From NCBI RefSeq assembly GCF_001194135.2, contig NC_068997.1:22709289-22748990 (forward strand): a DNA stretch of 39,702 nucleotides, written 5' to 3'. Made by a program: the position numbers and the translations under genes. The notes under the pieces were generated by a model, which saw only the letters and a list, made by a program, of their open reading frames with translations, was not told where the DNA came from and did no database searches. This document shows, in pieces, positions 36,300 through 39,702 of this stretch. Within the stretch, counting starts at the first letter, position 1; the number at the start of each line of letters is the position of its first letter. This DNA comes from Octopus bimaculoides. Taxonomy: Eukaryota.

Positions 36300-36465
36300 T
36301 AATTTCGTCTGTGTCTACGTACTGAGTTCAAATTCCGCTGAGGTCGACTTTGCCTTTCATCCTTTCGGGGTCGATAAATTGAGTACCAGTTGAGTACTGG
36401 GGTCGACGTGATCGACTTAGCCCATCCCCCAAAAATGTCAGGCGTTATGCCTATAGTAGAAAGCA
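36300..36465 (+). mobile_element. SINE family A copy
   Basis: GAGTTCAAATTCCGCTGAGGTCGACTTTGCCTTTCATCCTTTCGGGGTCGATAAATTGAGTACCAG. Confidence 0.9.
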
Positions 36466-37504
36466 TTATTGTGTTGTTGTTGTTGCTGTTGTATGTAATA
36501 TTGGTACAAGGCCAGCAATTTCGCGGCGAGTAGGGAGGTCGATTACACTGATACTTTATATTATCGGTCCCGAACGGAAATTGTACTCGAAAGGTAAAGA
36601 TATGGAAGTATTGTCGGGAGAGATTTTCCTCGACATTCCAACTATTCTACCAAACCAGCACCATCATCGACAACACCATGATCACCCGCCTCCNNNNNNN
36701 NNNNNNNNNNNNNNNNNNNNNNNNNNNNNNNNNNNNNNNNNNNNNNNNNNNNNNNNNNNNNNNNNNNNNNNNNNNNNNNNNNNNNNNNNNNNNNNNNNNN
36801 NNNNNNNNNNNNNNNNNNNNNNNNNNNNNNNNNNNNNNNNNNNNNNNNNNNNNNNNNNNNNNNNNNNNNNNNNNNNNNNNNNNNNNNNNNNNNNNNNNNN
36901 NNNNNNNNNNNNNNNNNNNNNNNNNNNNNNNNNNNNNNNNNNNNNNNNNNNNNNNNNNNNNNNNNNNNNNNNNNNNNNNNNNNNNNNNNNNNNNNNNNNN
37001 NNNNNNNNNNNNNNNNNNNNNNNNNNNNNNNNNNNNNNNNNNNNNNNNNNNNNNNNNNNNNNNNNNNNNNNNNNNNNNNNNNNNNNNNNNNNNNNNNNNN
37101 NNNNNNNNNNNNNNNNNNNNNNNNNNNNNNNNNNNNNNNNNNNNNNNNNNNNNNNNNNNNNNNNNNNNNNNNAATGAAGGTATAGGTAGGTACTTGTTTG
37201 AGAAGGATGAGAGAGGTGGGGCAACTGGGGCAGGGTACGAATATGTCGAGGGGATAGTTGTAAGGGGAGTGCTGCGAGAGATGATGTTTATCTCAAGCAA
37301 GCTGTGGTAGTCGTAGTGTTGGTTTTCAGTTACTGTATTGTTGTATTATATAGTATTTATTGTTGTTTTTGTTGGTGCTGCTGGTAGTGGTGGTCGTTTG
37401 GACGTCTGAAATATGTATTGTGTCAGTGGTGTGGTCGTTGTAACATCCCATGCGGGTAAGGGAAATAACGGTCGAGATAGCTTCAATAGTATTAAATTGC
37501 GATT

Positions 37505-37800
37505 CTCTCACTCACTCACTCACTCACTCACTCACGCATACACGCACTCTTTCACTCACTCAGTCAGTCATTCACTCATTCACTCACTCACTCACTCACG
37601 CACGCACACACGCACTTTCTCAGTCAGTCAGTCAGTCAGTCACTCACTCACTCACTCATTCACTCACGCACGCACGCACTCTCTCACTCAGTCACTCTCT
37701 CACTCAGTCAGTCAGTCAGTCAGTCACTCACTCACTCATTCACTCACGCACACACGCACTCTCTCAGTCAGTCAGTCACTCACTCACTCACTCACTCTCT
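37505..37800. repeat. Compound (TCAC)n/(GCAC)n/(TCAG)n array with higher-order cycling
   Basis: Directly visible. Confidence 0.9.
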
Positions 37801-37834
37801 ATCTCTGTATATGTCTTTTCTCTTTTTGTTTTAA

Positions 37835-38120
37835 ATCTGCTACTTGTTTCAGGTCATTTATGACTGCAGCCATGCTGGAGCACTGCTCTGAAGTGTTTTG
37901 GTCGAACAAATCGACCCCAGGACTTATTTTTTAAAGCCTGGTATTTGCTGTATCGGTTCCTTGTGCTGAACCGCTACGTTACAGAGACGCTAGCACAACC
38001 ACAACGGCTGTCAAGTGGTAGAGGAGACAAACATACACAAAGACATGCACACATAGATATACGACGGGATTTTTTCAGTTTCCGTCTACCAATCCACTCA
38101 CAAGGATTTGGTCGGCCCAA
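37835..38120 (-). mobile_element. SINE family B copy, diverged, short internal microsatellite
   Basis: Matches 32640-33130. Confidence 0.8.
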
Positions 38121-38154
38121 TCTGCCACAAAAGCTATACCTTCGGTTGTGTGCT

Positions 38155-38185
<31 letters not shown>

Positions 38186-38200
38186 AATAATAAATGAGTA

Positions 38201-38430
38201 TATGCATATATACGTACAGGTATGTGCATACCTACGTCTACCTGTATATATAGGTGCATATCTGGGTACAGGATAATGCAAACAAAACGTAGACAAAAAA
38301 AATAATAATAACCAGAGTACAGAACACACACAGGCCACGTAGAGAACATTTTCCTTCATCAGCTACCCTCATTCTAACACAGGCGTTTCGAAGAGTAGGG
38401 CAGGACGCATCGTTAAAATGGCTCTTCCCA
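38201..38430 (-). mobile_element. Dispersed repeat with GAAAC...CTGATGA motifs (PLE-tail-like), copy 2
   Basis: Minus strand GAAGAG...CTCTTC-GAAACGC...CTGATGAAGG; homologous to 30380-30580. Confidence 0.7.
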
Positions 38431-39214
38431 TGGGTCAAAAAGTTGCATCGCGCTAATTGCAGCATGGGTCTTTTTCTTTACCATACATTTAGAGGTTGTT
38501 TGAGATTGGCAAGGGGTCAAGACATCACAGAGGTTCGTTCCCTTGTTAGTATATCCTTTTCTTTTTTTTTTTTTTTTTTTTTTTTGGTTAATCAGAATCA
38601 AACTTCTGACTGATCGCTCATTGTCACGTTTTTCTGATAGGAACATTTTCTGTATGATTTCATGGAGTATTTGTCTGTAAGTCTAGTGATTCGATCGACT
38701 ATATAGCAACTGTATCATATCGTAGTGATATGAGTGAAGCCTGTCTGCTATTTCTAGCATTTTTCAATGACCACGTAGAGGGCCACTCTTGTTAGTTCAT
38801 GTTCCCTTAAATATGTAGTATTGCCAATAGCCGTCCATCAGCGCTGAGAGGAAACATCTCCAAGACATATGTTTCATGCTGTTTCCACAAATTAATCAGA
38901 TGGCTCACATCTGCTTGCCATTTCCTAAGAGAAAGATAGCACTGCAAAAGCGGCGATGGGAGAGAGAAAGAGAGAGACTGAAAGAGAGGTAGGGAGAGGG
39001 AGAAAGAGAGTGAGTTCAAGCTATTGACAGGCAGATAAATAGAGGGGAGAGATAGAGAGAGAAAGAGATAAAGAATGAAAGTATTAAGAATGAGAGATAC
39101 TTATTTAGCAACAAATGATGTGTGTGTACATGAGTGTATGTGTGTGCGTATGTGTGTGTGTATGTCTTTGTGAGTGTTTGCATGTTTGTGTGTGCGTGTA
39201 TAGATACATATACG

Positions 39215-39269
<55 letters not shown>

Positions 39270-39562
39270 ATATATATATATATATACACACACATATGTA
39301 TATCTATGTATCTACACACACAAGTATTTTAACTGCTATTTCTAAATTTCGGATAAAAGGTAATATATGAATAAAAATAAAGATATATTTTGCATGTAAA
39401 ATTTATTGTTCCATTATCCAAGGAATGTGTTGTGTAGAATGGGTAAAGAGGCCTCTTGTCTATGGTATGTAAGTTCCCATACGAGTTCATATTTTGTTAT
39501 TACAAATGGATTGTGCGCAGGTATTTGAACTCTTACTACTTCTATCTATTTAACTCTCTTAA

Positions 39563-39615
39563 ATCGTTTCTGATGATGGGATAACTTTTATATCCCCGAA
39601 ACAGCTGTAAGACTA
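39563..39615 (+). ncRNA. Minimal type I hammerhead ribozyme motif with palindromic helix III (PLE type)
   Basis: TCGTTT-CTGATGA-T-GGGATA-ACTTTTA-TATCCC-C-GAAA-C-AGCT-GTA-AGACTA: intact core, 6-bp helix II, ACAGCTGT palindrome, GUA triplet. Confidence 0.75.
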
Positions 39616-39702
39616 CCCTTCTCTTTATAGAATGTCCAAGAAATTTCATACTGTTTTGGCTTTGTTGTCTCACTTTATTTAACACACACACACACACACA
39701 CA

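Noticed and set aside
9476-37310. Long ORFs (up to 453 aa) containing X runs
   Set aside because: They are open only because they span N-gaps.
45-39370. Numerous ORFs rich in YI, CV, SL, ER, poly-I/N/Y
   Set aside because: They are translations of microsatellites, with no domain content.
1-39702. CRISPR arrays, rRNA, prokaryotic operons
   Set aside because: No regularly spaced repeat-spacer units or rRNA-like sequence; the window is eukaryotic repetitive DNA.

Overview
AT-rich, microsatellite-dense eukaryotic DNA with 12 N-gaps (about 4.8 kb in total). The SINE families and (TA)/(TATG)/(CT)/(TAA) arrays resemble an Octopus (cephalopod) draft assembly; the species is inferred from recalled repeat sequences, not from a search. 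No intact protein-coding gene can be supported, and almost every ORF in the supplied track is a translation of simple repeats or N-gaps. Supported features: many tRNA-derived SINE copies of about three families; a Penelope-like (PLE) reverse-transcriptase fragment (16.3-16.8 kb); several hammerhead-ribozyme-like motifs of the minimal PLE type (best at 39.56 and 12.97 kb); a 632-bp TIR element with an 8-bp TSD (Merlin-like MITE) plus three related arms; a foldback element carrying inverted (CCCTAA)n...(TTAGGG)n arrays; and a Gag-type CCHC zinc-knuckle relic. There are also a few low-confidence exon or pseudogene candidates, including a possible decayed cadherin repeat. The most interesting theme is the co-occurrence of PLE RT with short non-coding hammerhead-bearing elements.
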